From: Candidatus Latescibacterota bacterium
GTDB taxonomy: Bacteria; Latescibacterota; UBA2968; GCA-2709665
Reading direction: 5' to 3'
Assembly: GCA_965203805.1 (NCBI GenBank)
Contig: OZ241917.1
Location: 5,344,001 to 5,408,000, forward strand
Length of the DNA stretch: 64,000 bases
Part shown: positions 29,589 to 39,076 of the stretch, piece after piece
Layout of the letters: each line of letters starts with the position of its first letter
Numbering within the stretch: position 1 is the stretch's first letter
The notes under the pieces: generated by a model
The model's input: the letters and a program-made list of their open reading frames with translations, nothing else
What the model was told of the DNA's origin: nothing
Databases searched by the model: none
Program-made: the position numbers and the translations under genes

Positions 29589-30689
29589 TTATCGATCGGC
29601 CGGGGATGGAATTTCGACACAGACTGCGCCCGGTACCTCAACGGGACTGCCGACGGGCTCGAGGGCGCCGGTGTCAGGGTCGATCCGGAAACAGGAGACC
29701 GCGTTGCCGCGCTGGTTGGCGGCGAGGAGATATCTGCCGGCGGGGTCGAATTCCAGGTTCCAGGGCCACGCGCCGCGGGATGGCTCGTGGCCGAGCGGTG
29801 AGAGTTCGCCCGTTGCGCCGTCGATCGACATCACCGCGATGCTGTCGTGCCCCCGGTTGGAGCCGTAGAGGAAACGGCCGGACGGATGGACCCGGACGTC
29901 GGCGCAGAAGTTCTCGCCGACGTAGTCATCGGGCAGGGCGGAAAGGGTCTGGCGTTCGGCAAGGGATCCGGCTTCCGCTTTGTAGTCAAAGACCGCGATG
30001 GTGCTGTCGAGCTCGTTGATCACGTACGCCCTGCTGCCGTCGGGATGGAAGGAGATGTGCCTGGGCCCCGCGCCCGCGCGCGTTGAAACGAATCCCTGCG
30101 CGGTGGGTTCGATGGTGCCAGACGAAGCGTCGAGACCGTAGGCCATGACTTTGTCGGTGCCCAGGTCGGCGGCAAACGCGAATCGGTGATCGGGCGAGAG
30201 AACGACAGAATGAACGTGAGGCGCTTCCTGCCGCCCGGCGTCGACGCTGGATCCTTCGTGCAGGACGACCTGTGAAACCGGTTCGAGATGACCGCTTTCA
30301 TCGATGGGAAGCGTGCTCAGGCTGCCGGATCCGTAGTTTCCGGACAGCAGACAGCGGCCGGAGCGGTCAACGCTGAGATAGCAGGGCAGGTCGCCCCCGG
30401 CATGTTCTTCGTTGAGCAGTGTAAGGGCGCCGGATCCGGGGTCGATGGAGAACGCCTTGATGCAGCCTCCGGGTCTGCCTTCGAACTCTTCGACGGCGCA
30501 GGCGGCATACAGAAAACGCGCGCCGGCGTCGGCGGCCAGGAAGAAGGGATTGTGGACGTCGGGCACCTTTGAGACGGCTTCGAGTTCGCCGGACGATGTA
30601 TCGAGTTGAAAAATGTGGAGGCCTTCGGTCCGATCGTCTGTATAGGTGCCGACGTAGACCGTGACGTGACTGCCGGTCTGATCTGACAT
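29589..30689 (-). CDS. Lactonase, 6-phosphogluconolactonase (Pgl/YbhE) family
   Basis: YVGTYT, RQEAPHVH, DLGTD, GAGPRH, SNRGHDSI. Confidence 0.88.
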   Translation of the reverse strand: MSDQTGSHVTVYVGTYTDDRTEGLHIFQLDTSSGELEAVSKVPDVHNPFFLAADAGARFLYAACAVEEFEGRPGGCIKAFSIDPGSGALTLLNEEHAGGDLPCYLSVDRSGRCLLSGNYGSGSLSTLPIDESGHLEPVSQVVLHEGSSVDAGRQEAPHVHSVVLSPDHRFAFAADLGTDKVMAYGLDASSGTIEPTAQGFVSTRAGAGPRHISFHPDGSRAYVINELDSTIAVFDYKAEAGSLAERQTLSALPDDYVGENFCADVRVHPSGRFLYGSNRGHDSIAVMSIDGATGELSPLGHEPSRGAWPWNLEFDPAGRYLLAANQRGNAVSCFRIDPDTGALEPVGSPVEVPGAVCVEIPSPADR

Positions 30690-31123
30690 GTGCCCGCCTC
30701 CCGCGTTGGAATAGACGATTCGTGGGGTAACGACTGAATAACTCTTGAAGTCCTGGTCAAAACCCCCGTTTTCTTGTCGATTTGTTTAAAATATAGACGG
30801 AAAAGGTGCGAGATCAAAATTATTTTGCGGCATAGGATGCAGAAATTTCAAATCTGTCCGCTGCAGAGGTCTGCCCCGTTCAAGCGGGACAATCGCAATC
30901 GCGCGCGTCTTGGATTTTCGCCGCCGCGGGAGTATCTTGGAAAGGCATGTTGAGGAAACCGGTTTGAAGGTGGGTGGGACATTCCTGTCTGCCCGCATCG
31001 CCGACCGACATCGCGATGGCATATCGCGAACGGTTTTTCCTCTTCCGTCTCACGTCTCCCCTCTCACCGCTTCTGAGGGCCCCCGACAGACAGCGCAATC
31101 CCTATCAACCTGCGAGGACATCC

Positions 31124-31969
31124 ATGGATACCGAGCTACTTCCCACCACCAACGCGGACGGTCTCCCGGTTGTGCCGATGACCGACGCGCAGAAGTACAT
31201 CTTCGATCTGAAGGGCTGGATCTGCCTGCCCGATCTGTTCGACGACGGGCAACTCGACCGCATCCGCCAGCACCAGATGGACTATCTCTACCGCCGCGAC
31301 GCGCTTTCCCCGGAGGAACGCGACAACCATGGGGGGCCGTCGCAGGCGCTGCTGGACCATCCCGCCGTGGTCGGGGTGCTCAACGAAATCCTCTCGCATC
31401 GCCCGCTGGCCACGGAAGATTGTTACGGGTTCCGCTACGACCACACGTACACCAGCCATCGAAAAGCCGGCCACGACAACTTCCGGCCCCACGGCGGCGG
31501 CGCCTATTTTTCTTTTTCCGGCAGTTCCCACATCTACCAGATGCTGCCGGGGACGGTCCATTCGGGCCTGACCCGCGTGGTGTGGGAACTCAACGAGGTG
31601 GGCCCGGGAGACGGGGGGACGATGTTTCTCACCGGGAGCCACAAGGCGGCGTTTCCGCGACCGGATGAAGTCAGCGGCCGGGACAGTTCGCTGTGGGAGA
31701 CCTACACCTGCCCGGCGGGATCGGCGGTGATCTTTACCGAGGCGATCTGCCACACGGGCACCCGCTGGAACAACGAGACCCGCGACCGGCTGAGCCTGTT
31801 CACCTGTTACAATACGGTCAACGCCAAGTGGGGCAAGGGGCGCCCGCCCGCGGAGGTGGTCGCCGCGCTGCCGCCCAAACGCCAGACGCTCTTCCGCGGG
31901 GTCTGGCACGGGATGAGGGAAGTACCGGGCATCAACCAGTACTACGACGAAGCCAACCGGGCGGTGTGA
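31124..31969 (+). CDS. Phytanoyl-CoA dioxygenase (PhyH) family protein
   Basis: QKYIFDLKGW, GGTMFLTGSHK, PAGSAVIFTEAICH. Confidence 0.8.
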   Translation: MDTELLPTTNADGLPVVPMTDAQKYIFDLKGWICLPDLFDDGQLDRIRQHQMDYLYRRDALSPEERDNHGGPSQALLDHPAVVGVLNEILSHRPLATEDCYGFRYDHTYTSHRKAGHDNFRPHGGGAYFSFSGSSHIYQMLPGTVHSGLTRVVWELNEVGPGDGGTMFLTGSHKAAFPRPDEVSGRDSSLWETYTCPAGSAVIFTEAICHTGTRWNNETRDRLSLFTCYNTVNAKWGKGRPPAEVVAALPPKRQTLFRGVWHGMREVPGINQYYDEANRAV

Positions 31970-32248
31970 ATCAAGACCTCGCCCCCGGCCTCTCAGAAAA
32001 AAGCGATCAGCAATCAGCGGTCAGCAGTCAGCTAAAGGCAAGAACGAAGATCAAAAACACAACCGGTGGATATCCGCGTCGTCAGGTAGCAAAAATGGGC
32101 GGAACGCAGACCTCTCCCCCGAACCCCCTCTCCCGAGGGGAGAGGGGGAGCAAAGCGAAACGTGTACAGGTGATGACAGTTCCCTCCTTCACCCGAATAC
32201 GAGTATAGGGTGTAGGTCTCCCCGCCATTGGACTAGATAGGAGGTCTT

Positions 32249-33052
32249 GTGATGAAAGTAGGCATATACGCATCGTATTTCGGCAAGGAAGTCCCCAAGG
32301 CCTTCCCGGACGTGGAGTCGTTCATTGACCTCGCGTATGAGTTGAAGCTGGATGTCATCGAATTCCGGGTGGACGTGGGTTTCGGCTCCCTGGACCGCGG
32401 CTATCTGCGGGACCTGAAGATAAAATGCCTGAAAGCCGGGCTCCCGATCGGCTATCTGGCGTCCGGCGGCCATTTCGTGGGGACGGATGAGGAATTGCGG
32501 GGGAAGGTCGAGCAGGCCAAGGCCGACGTGGAAGTCGCCGCTTTCCTGGGCGCGCCGATGATCCGGCTCTTCTGCGGGGCGCCGGGTGACGGTGACCCTG
32601 ATCGTGAGATCCGATGTTTCCAGGAAGTGTGCGATTTCGCGGCCGACGCCGGGATTGTCGTCGGCCTGCAGAATCACCCGAGCACGGGCGATAACGTCCT
32701 GCGGATTCTGCGGGAGACCGACCGCGAGAATTTCACGTTTATCCTGGACACCGGCCAGTGGGTGGGGTCGCCCGCGCTGAACCGCGGCGTGGCCAATCCG
32801 GACGTCGATATCTACCACTACATGGAACAGACCGCGTCTTTCGCGTCGTACGTCCGCGCCAAGATCTACAAGATCGACAGCGGGCGGGAGGAGTGGCTGG
32901 ATTACCCGCGCATCATCGGGATTCTCAAGGCGGCGGGTTTCAACGGCGTCGTTTCCATCACGTTCGAGGGGCAGGACGTCAACGAATGCGACGACAGGGA
33001 GACCTTCCGTCTTGCGGCGCAACACCTGCGCGAAACCATCGCCGCAACGTAA
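32249..33052 (+). CDS. Sugar phosphate isomerase/epimerase (xylose-isomerase-like TIM barrel)
   Basis: LGAPMIRLF, LQNH, LDTGQW, LDYPRI, SITFEG. Confidence 0.8.
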   Translation: MMKVGIYASYFGKEVPKAFPDVESFIDLAYELKLDVIEFRVDVGFGSLDRGYLRDLKIKCLKAGLPIGYLASGGHFVGTDEELRGKVEQAKADVEVAAFLGAPMIRLFCGAPGDGDPDREIRCFQEVCDFAADAGIVVGLQNHPSTGDNVLRILRETDRENFTFILDTGQWVGSPALNRGVANPDVDIYHYMEQTASFASYVRAKIYKIDSGREEWLDYPRIIGILKAAGFNGVVSITFEGQDVNECDDRETFRLAAQHLRETIAAT

Positions 33053-33065
33053 TCCCCGAGTACGT

Positions 33066-33794
33066 ATGCGACGACTGACCGATTTCCGTGTCCTCACCTT
33101 CGACTGCTACGGCACCCTGATCGACTGGGAGCGCGGCATCTGGGACGCGTTGCAGCCGCTGATCATGCACAATCCGGGGTGTGCGATCAGGCGTGACGAC
33201 GCGCTCCATGCGTTCGCCCAATGGGAGAACACGCAGGAGCAGACCACACCGGGCCTGCGCTATCCCGAACTGCTCGCACGGGTACACGGATCCATCGCGG
33301 AGCATCTGGGATTGCGGACGGACAACGAGCTCGACGCGGCGTTCGGCGGTTCCGTGCCGCACTGGCCCGCGTTCCCCGACACCGCCGACGCGCTGCGCAT
33401 CCTCAAGCAGCACTTCAGGCTCGTCATCCTGTCGAACGTACACCGCGAGGGCATCGCCGCCTCGATCCGCAAGCTGGACGTCGAATTCGACGCCGTCTAC
33501 ACCGCGGAGGACGTCGGCTCATACAAACCGGCAGACGCCAACTTCGAGTACATGCTTTCCCATCTGAAGTCGGATCTGGGGCTGGAGCGATCGGACGTAC
33601 TCCACACCGCACAGAGTCTGCACCACGACCATGTGCCGGCCAGGAAGTTCGGGCTGGCCAACGCGTGGATCGACCGGCAGCGGCTATCTGACGGCGGGAA
33701 CTGGGGCGCCACCGAGCGGGTGGAGACGATGCCCGAAACGGACTACGTCTTCTTCTCGTTGGCTGAGATGGCGGAAGCGGTGGAGGCAGGTTGA
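33066..33794 (+). CDS. HAD hydrolase, haloacid dehalogenase type II-like
   Basis: FDCYGTLIDWE, LSNV, GSYKP, AQSLHHDH. Confidence 0.88.
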   Translation: MRRLTDFRVLTFDCYGTLIDWERGIWDALQPLIMHNPGCAIRRDDALHAFAQWENTQEQTTPGLRYPELLARVHGSIAEHLGLRTDNELDAAFGGSVPHWPAFPDTADALRILKQHFRLVILSNVHREGIAASIRKLDVEFDAVYTAEDVGSYKPADANFEYMLSHLKSDLGLERSDVLHTAQSLHHDHVPARKFGLANAWIDRQRLSDGGNWGATERVETMPETDYVFFSLAEMAEAVEAG

Positions 33795-33851
33795 AGCAGA
33801 CGGGAAGGTACTCTCCCCCAGAATGCGGGGTTCCTCGCTACGAACGCGTGA

Positions 33852-34838
33852 TCACGCGCATACGGGATCGTCCACCTTCCAGCGATTGTACGTCGGATCC
33901 GCGCTGCGGGCGAGCCGGCTTCTGGCGTCGTGCCACAATCTCGCCCATTCTGCGGGATCGTGCAACTCGCTTTCGGGATTAGAGCGGCTGCGGGCGATGA
34001 AACCCGGAAATGAGCCTCGTCCGGTGGGTTGGCCGATGGGGTTGTACCGCAGGTCGAAGCTCCAGCGGATATTGTCGCTATTGTTGGGCAGTGAGGAATG
34101 GCAATTCAGGCGGTGGAAGAACAACACGTCGCCGCGTTTCATGGGAAGCACCACGCCGTCTCCCTGGCGCAGCAGCCGGTCCGGAATCTGCAGGCCGAAT
34201 CCACGCGACATCGTCGCGGTCGCGTGGCAATGATGCAGCAATCCCTCGCGATGGCTTCGGGGAATGACCTCCAGGCAGCCGTTCTCGATCGTGGCATCCC
34301 ACAAGCCGAACCACACGGTCAGCATGTTCGTGTCATCGGCTTCCGGCCGCACAACGCCCGTATCCTGGTGCCACGGCGTTGCGCCGAGCTGGACGCGTCC
34401 CGTCTCGTTGACGGGGCACAGGTGCTCCGGCGGCTTCAGGCGGACGTGCTGCACGGGATTGGAATAAATCTCGGGCCCGATCAGGGACTCCACGGCATCC
34501 AGCAGCTTCTCGTTCCGCAACAGCCGGAACACCGCCGGCCCCACCCACATCGGGGTATCCGCCCGGACGTTCTTCTGCGGCAGCGAAAAGTCGAAATACT
34601 GCGCGTGCACCTTTCCCGACTCCGCGTAAATCCGCGTCAGCCGGTCCCCGAACGGGAGGTCTTCGTACATCGAGGAGATCTCCCCGTTTTCGTATAGTTC
34701 TCCCGCAAGCCGATCCAGCACCCCCGCGTATTCCGCGATCACAGGCTCGAGATCCTCTTCCGTATCGAACAACCCCCTCACGACCAGGTACCCCTGCTCC
34801 TCGAATACCGCGACCTGCGCTTCGGTTAGGTGTGGCAT
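33852..34838 (-). CDS. Phytanoyl-CoA dioxygenase (PhyH) family protein
   Basis: TPWHQD, ENGCLEVIPRSH, HSSLPN..RWSFDLRY. Confidence 0.9.
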   Translation of the reverse strand: MPHLTEAQVAVFEEQGYLVVRGLFDTEEDLEPVIAEYAGVLDRLAGELYENGEISSMYEDLPFGDRLTRIYAESGKVHAQYFDFSLPQKNVRADTPMWVGPAVFRLLRNEKLLDAVESLIGPEIYSNPVQHVRLKPPEHLCPVNETGRVQLGATPWHQDTGVVRPEADDTNMLTVWFGLWDATIENGCLEVIPRSHREGLLHHCHATATMSRGFGLQIPDRLLRQGDGVVLPMKRGDVLFFHRLNCHSSLPNNSDNIRWSFDLRYNPIGQPTGRGSFPGFIARSRSNPESELHDPAEWARLWHDARSRLARSADPTYNRWKVDDPVCA

Positions 34839-35026
34839 CGGTACAATTCCCTCTGAATGCGCCGTTCAGTTAAGCGTTTCGCGTCGTCTTCCGCCGGATC
34901 CGATCCCGCATCAAATATAAACCCACCATCGCCGTATGGGAAGATGGAAAATCGACGCATTTATTCATTTTCGCTCAGGAAAACGGAGCGCTCGCCTCGC
35001 CATCACTCGTATACCAGGGTAGGACG

Positions 35027-35170
35027 TTTTGAAGGTGGGGCCTGCCTGCCAAAGCGTCACCGGCAGGCGCAGGCAGGCAGACATTCCTGTCTGCCGACAT
35101 CGATGTTTTGCTGTTGATGAAGAGACATAATGGAAGACCACTGCGCCATCACTCCCCCCTTGAGGGGAGT
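35027..35170. repeat. ~140-bp composite repeat, copy 1 of 3 (REP-like GGCAGACATTCCTGTCTGCC with inserted 37-bp CCTGCCTGCC..GGCAGG element)
   Basis: Similar copies at ~35890-36032 and ~36540-36666; a degenerate version without the insert at ~30961-30995. Confidence 0.85.
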
Positions 35171-35388
35171 CGCCTGGCTGCGTCCGCAGGACAGGCAGGC
35201 AGAAGCCGAGCCGTTCCCTGAGCTTGTCGAAGGGCCGGCGACGGCTGATGCGGTGGGGGGTGCTGTTGAATTCCGCGGGAAGGCAAGTTTGGAATTGCAC
35301 CGATGGTGCAACGGACATAAAAATCACCACTTGGCATTTGTATCCAACAATGACCTAACTTCACAATAATAGGTATCTTATACGCCTT

Positions 35389-35697
35389 TTATCCCACATG
35401 GGTCAAGTTCGCTTCGCGTTCGAGAAATGACGTCAGTTCGATGTCTGCGTCCAAATCGACAAGGTCCGCAGATCGCGTGAGTTCCAGGAGCAATTTTCCC
35501 TGGAGCCTGTAGAACATTCCTGCCGGACATCCCCTGACGGCGAAGTCAATATCGGATCGCGAGTTACTCCTCCCCTCGACAACTGACCCGAAGAGATAGA
35601 CCGCTTCACATCCTCCTGCTTTCAAGATCCCTATTCCCCGATCGATGTCTTTACGCACCGAATCAGATATGTCTCCGATGTTTTCGTACACATCCAT
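35389..35697 (-). CDS. Minimal nucleotidyltransferase (MNT/MntA-type antitoxin)
   Basis: VYLFGSVVEG..SDIDFAV..DLVDLD. Confidence 0.85.
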   Translation of the reverse strand: MDVYENIGDISDSVRKDIDRGIGILKAGGCEAVYLFGSVVEGRSNSRSDIDFAVRGCPAGMFYRLQGKLLLELTRSADLVDLDADIELTSFLEREANLTHVG

Positions 35698-35889
35698 ATC
35701 CGGTTCCTTTTTCGGTCAGAATTATCACGGGAACTCAATCAATAACGGCCGCACGTCTGTAGAGTTTCATAGTGTGTATAAGGCTTGGATGTAAATGTAT
35801 CATCTTTGGACCAATGCCGCAATACAAATGGCCTGAAAGACGGGCATCGGCACTTTGTGCGTCTACATCGGTCAGTCTGACGAAGGTGG

Positions 35890-36032
35890 TTTGAGGGTGG
35901 GGCCTGCCTGCCAAAGCGTCACCGGCAGGCGCAGGCAGGCAGACATTCCTGTCTGCCCACATCGAGTTCTTGCTGTCGATAAAGAGACACCAGGAAAGAC
36001 CGCCGCGTCATCACTCCCCCCGTTAGGGGAGT
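35890..36032. repeat. Composite repeat, copy 2
   Basis: Same sequence as copy 1; mini-element at 35903-35939. Confidence 0.85.
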
Positions 36033-36037
36033 CGTAC

Positions 36038-36415
36038 CTAACCGTTTTGATCGTCGTACGCGGGCGTCACCGGGTAGTCTTCAGCCTTCCCAGAGTCCCC
36101 AGATTGAATCACAAAATCCCTCCGGTCCCGGTAGAGCCGGGCGCGATTGATCACGTAGTCAATTCCGGGCTCAATTTCGTCCCAGTGGGTCATCAGCCAA
36201 TATTTGTAGTCGCCGACAAAGAGGTACGTATTTTTCGTACTGAAAAAGCGGCCAGACACACCCTCTCCGGTGCGGAACCGCTCCCGGATCGCTTCAAGAA
36301 GCTCAGTTTGTCCGTCCTCTTCGGACAACACGTACTCGTGAGGCCACGTCTTTCGATACGTAACCGCCTCCCGCCACGGTGCCCGCTCGATCAGTTCCGT
36401 TAGCCCAGCCGCCAT
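36038..36415 (-). CDS. Hypothetical protein, 125 aa
   Basis: GGAAGGGA RBS; protein-like composition (WREAVTYRKTWPHEY...YKYW...INRA). Confidence 0.7.
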   Translation of the reverse strand: MAAGLTELIERAPWREAVTYRKTWPHEYVLSEEDGQTELLEAIRERFRTGEGVSGRFFSTKNTYLFVGDYKYWLMTHWDEIEPGIDYVINRARLYRDRRDFVIQSGDSGKAEDYPVTPAYDDQNG

Positions 36416-36539
36416 GGTTCCCTTCCGTGAGTCGATTGTCCAGATACGAATTCAAGGAACGGCTTTGCTTGGTCAGAAATATCGTTCTGCCGACGGTCCG
36501 CGCCCTCACCTCGTTATCACTGTCAAGCCAACGTAGGCG

Positions 36540-36666
36540 GTTTGAAGGTGGGGCCTGCCTGCCTGCCAAAGCGTCACTGGCAGGCGCAGGCAGGCAGACA
36601 TTCCTGTCTGCCGACAACGATGTTTTATTGTCGATGCAGAGACATTAGGATAGACCGCGGCGCCAG
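36540..36666. repeat. Composite repeat, copy 3
   Basis: Mini-element at 36554-36594 with one extra CCTG. Confidence 0.85.
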
Positions 36667-36699
36667 TTTTTCCACGCAGTTGGTCCCCGTCGGGCTAGC

Positions 36700-36850
36700 A
36701 CGGTCACTTTCATGCTGAGGAAGCCCTGGTTTTCGGAACGGACTCGCCGTCTTCAAGCATTCCCCGATCATGAGATTCTATGGCCTCCCGAATTTCGTCG
36801 AGTGATGCGCTTTTGCAGAAGCGGGCTCTGTCGCAATAAACCGCGGCGCC
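36700..36850 (-). pseudogene. Chimeric hsdM/hicB remnant (second copy ~38930-39075)
   Basis: Translates GEGAAVYCDRARFCKSASLDEIR (HsdM-like) then EAIESHDRGMLEDGESVP (HicB-like). Confidence 0.7.
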
Positions 36851-36851
36851 C

Positions 36852-37352
36852 TCACCCTTGCCCTCTCCCAGTGGGAGAGGGATTGATTGCGTCTGCGATT
36901 TCGTTCAGGGCTTCCAGGGTTTGCAGCAGCATGTGTTTGTTTCTGATACGGACGACGGTCAGCCCGAGAGAATCCAGAAAAGCGTCGCGGTTTCTGTCCG
37001 TCGTGCGGCGCTCATCGGACTCGTGGACCGGTCCATCTAGTTCCACGACGAGCCGTTTCTCGTGGCAGTAGAAGTCGACGATATAATGGCCGATCTGATG
37101 TTGCCGTCGGAATTTGAGACTAAGGAACCGGCGGTCCCTGAACAGTTCCCACGCAAAGTCTTCCGCGGGAGTCGGCCTCTGCCGCATCTCCCGTGCCCGT
37201 TCCAGCAGAGCGGTAAATTCCCACCCGCCTCGGTAATGGCCCTGCTCCTGTCCTTCTAGTTGAGCGTGTTGCGACGCTCGTTGATGGGCTTCGCCGCCCG
37301 TCCCCTTGGATTCGGCTTTCGTCGAGGACTTTCCGAGCCTGCCCTTCGCCAT
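36852..37352 (-). CDS. DUF559 (Vsr-like) endonuclease, copy 1, using a duplicated hsdM promoter and start
   Basis: AREMRQRPTPAE..KFRRQHQIG.YIVDFYC..LVVELDG.VH; begins MAKGR like HsdM. Confidence 0.88.
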   Translation of the reverse strand: MAKGRLGKSSTKAESKGTGGEAHQRASQHAQLEGQEQGHYRGGWEFTALLERAREMRQRPTPAEDFAWELFRDRRFLSLKFRRQHQIGHYIVDFYCHEKRLVVELDGPVHESDERRTTDRNRDAFLDSLGLTVVRIRNKHMLLQTLEALNEIADAINPSPTGRGQG

Positions 37353-37509
37353 CGTGTAAAGCTCCCGGGTTTACCATTCCTTAGCAAAACTAATGTACAC
37401 ATTTAAAGTACACCACGCGGGAAATTCAGTCAACGCAAAACAGGTTAATTGAAACCGGGACCGTATACGAAAAACTGTCGCGATTCGCGACACTAAGCAG
37501 CGAGTACGC
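37342..37509 (-). repeat. Duplicate of hsdM promoter/5' region (55558-55726), with TTGACT-17-TACTTT at 37433-37405
   Basis: Near-identical ~170 bp. Confidence 0.9.
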
Positions 37510-37579
37510 ACTGGTCCCCCTGTCCCACAATCATACCCTCTCCCCTTGGGAGAGGGTGACGCGCAGCGTCGGGTGAGGG
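37507..37579. repeat. ~75-bp palindromic repeat; 8 co-oriented copies (37507-37579, 37811-37885, 39585-39659, 39930-40009, 49660-49739, 50970-51037, 51608-51688, 55750-55817)
   Basis: Consensus ggttcccctgtcccacaatCATACCCTCTCCCcttGGGAGAGGGTGaCGCGCAGCGtCGGGTGAGGG. Confidence 0.92.
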
Positions 37580-37605
37580 CGCTCTTGTCCGCTCTTGTCC
37601 GCTCG

Positions 37606-37801
37606 ATGGGATACTGACGTGTGAAGGCCAGATGGCCAGGCGCAAGGTTGTCAGGTATGCCGATTCGTCGGCTCTGGTAAAGTCACAGCCGTACCTGACC
37701 GCCTGTATTTGATAGAAACCGAGGATTATCCCTCGGTATTTGTACGTGAGCAGACAGGAATGTCTGCTCCACCCTCTAAAACTCTGGCTCGTCGCATCGC
37801 G
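37606..37801. other. ~195-bp non-coding, hairpin-rich duplicated element (copy 2 at 39718-39912)
   Basis: Near-identical copies, each flanked by two 75-bp repeats; nested stems. Confidence 0.75.
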
Positions 37802-38054
37802 TTGGCGCGCAGCACGTTGGTTCTCCTGTCCCGCAATCAGACCCTCTCCCTTTGGGAGAGGGTGGCGCGCAGCGCCGGGTGAGGGTGCCTTGCCTCCCCG
37901 CCTACCCATTAGGGCAAGAGTGATGCACGATATCGTGGCGCGGTACCACGGTTCACGGGCAGGCGGGAGTCTCAATGACGGTTTTGGTCCTCACGGTCGG
38001 AGGAGTCGCAAAATGCGCCTTGACAATCGTGACTACCGCATCTATTTTTCCCAC

Positions 38055-38636
38055 ATGAACCGGCTCGCCACCATAGCGATATTCGTCCTCGCAATCACCG
38101 TGTCAGGATCCGGACGTGAAACTGAGAAGACAGCGACTGATTCCGCACGCGGAGCTAAACATGCCGACATCGCCGCCACTGCCGCAGAAGCCAATGCAGT
38201 AAAGGCAGCCGTATTCGCCAAAGTCGCACGCAAGGCCGCGCTCAACGCCAGGGAACTCTTACGGAAAAAGTCCAAGGCGGCCCGAAGGGCTGCACGGCAG
38301 AGAAAGCAGGGAAACGCTTGGGACGATTGGGACAGTTCTGTCACAGGGGTCGAACGGCCGAAAGAGACGATATACGAGACCATCGCCAAAGCTGTTACAA
38401 CCGCTAAAGCCACAGCTGAAGCCAGTGCAACGAGAGCTGCCGCCGCAGCCGAAGTCGCCCGAATCGCCGCCGTCGAAGCAGCCCTCGAAGCCGAAGGTGT
38501 TGTCCGCTTGGCCACAAGAGCCACCGACGAAGCAGTAAATGCGGCCAAGCAAGCCGAACAAGCCACTAAAGCTGCCAAAAAAGCCGCCATAACGGCCCTT
38601 GAAGCCGAGAACTCGGCCCGCCAGTTGATTCCCTGA
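38055..38636 (+). CDS. Ala/Lys-rich putative secreted coiled-coil protein
   Basis: N-terminal hydrophobic signal MNRLATIAIFVLAITVSG, followed by helical low-complexity sequence. Confidence 0.55.
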   Translation: MNRLATIAIFVLAITVSGSGRETEKTATDSARGAKHADIAATAAEANAVKAAVFAKVARKAALNARELLRKKSKAARRAARQRKQGNAWDDWDSSVTGVERPKETIYETIAKAVTTAKATAEASATRAAAAAEVARIAAVEAALEAEGVVRLATRATDEAVNAAKQAEQATKAAKKAAITALEAENSARQLIP

Positions 38637-38826
38637 TACCGCCCGTCAGTTGGCAGACGCCCCTTAACAAAAAATCGGTACCCACCGACCACGTCATCCG
38701 GCATAGGTGTAGCCCTTGTTGTCGCCCATTTCGCTCGGATATTCCTCTAACACCCCGACGGCCATGAGCGATTGAGAGAAACGCCAAATCAGGTGCTCGA
38801 TCTGCCGGTTCCCGGTTTTAACGTAC

Positions 38827-38903
38827 AAAACCAAAACAGGCCTGCGCAACGTCGCGCAAGCCTGTTTTTGATTTCATGGTGGATCTGGTCAGGATCGATC
38901 CGT
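38827..38903 (-). repeat. att-like degenerate copy of tRNA-Ala 3' end plus terminator hairpin
   Basis: Aligns with 55851-55927 (aaaaccaaaacaggcctgcgc..gcgcaagcctgttt..tggtgga.ctg.tc.ggatcga.ccg). Confidence 0.85.
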
Positions 38904-39076
38904 CTACCGCCGCGCTTCCACCTCGTTATCACTGTCCTGCCACGGAAGCTCTGGTTTTCGCAACGGACTCGCCGCCTTCAAGCATTCCCCGATCATGAGA
39001 GTCTATGGCCTCCCGAATTTCGTCGAGTGATGCTTTTTTGCGGCAGCCGGCTATGTCGCGATAAATCGCGGCGCCC

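Noticed and set aside
33066-33794. Functional link between the haloacid-dehalogenase-like HAD and the halogenase-like gene
   Set aside because: They are 18 kb apart in different operons, and HAD specificity cannot be inferred from sequence
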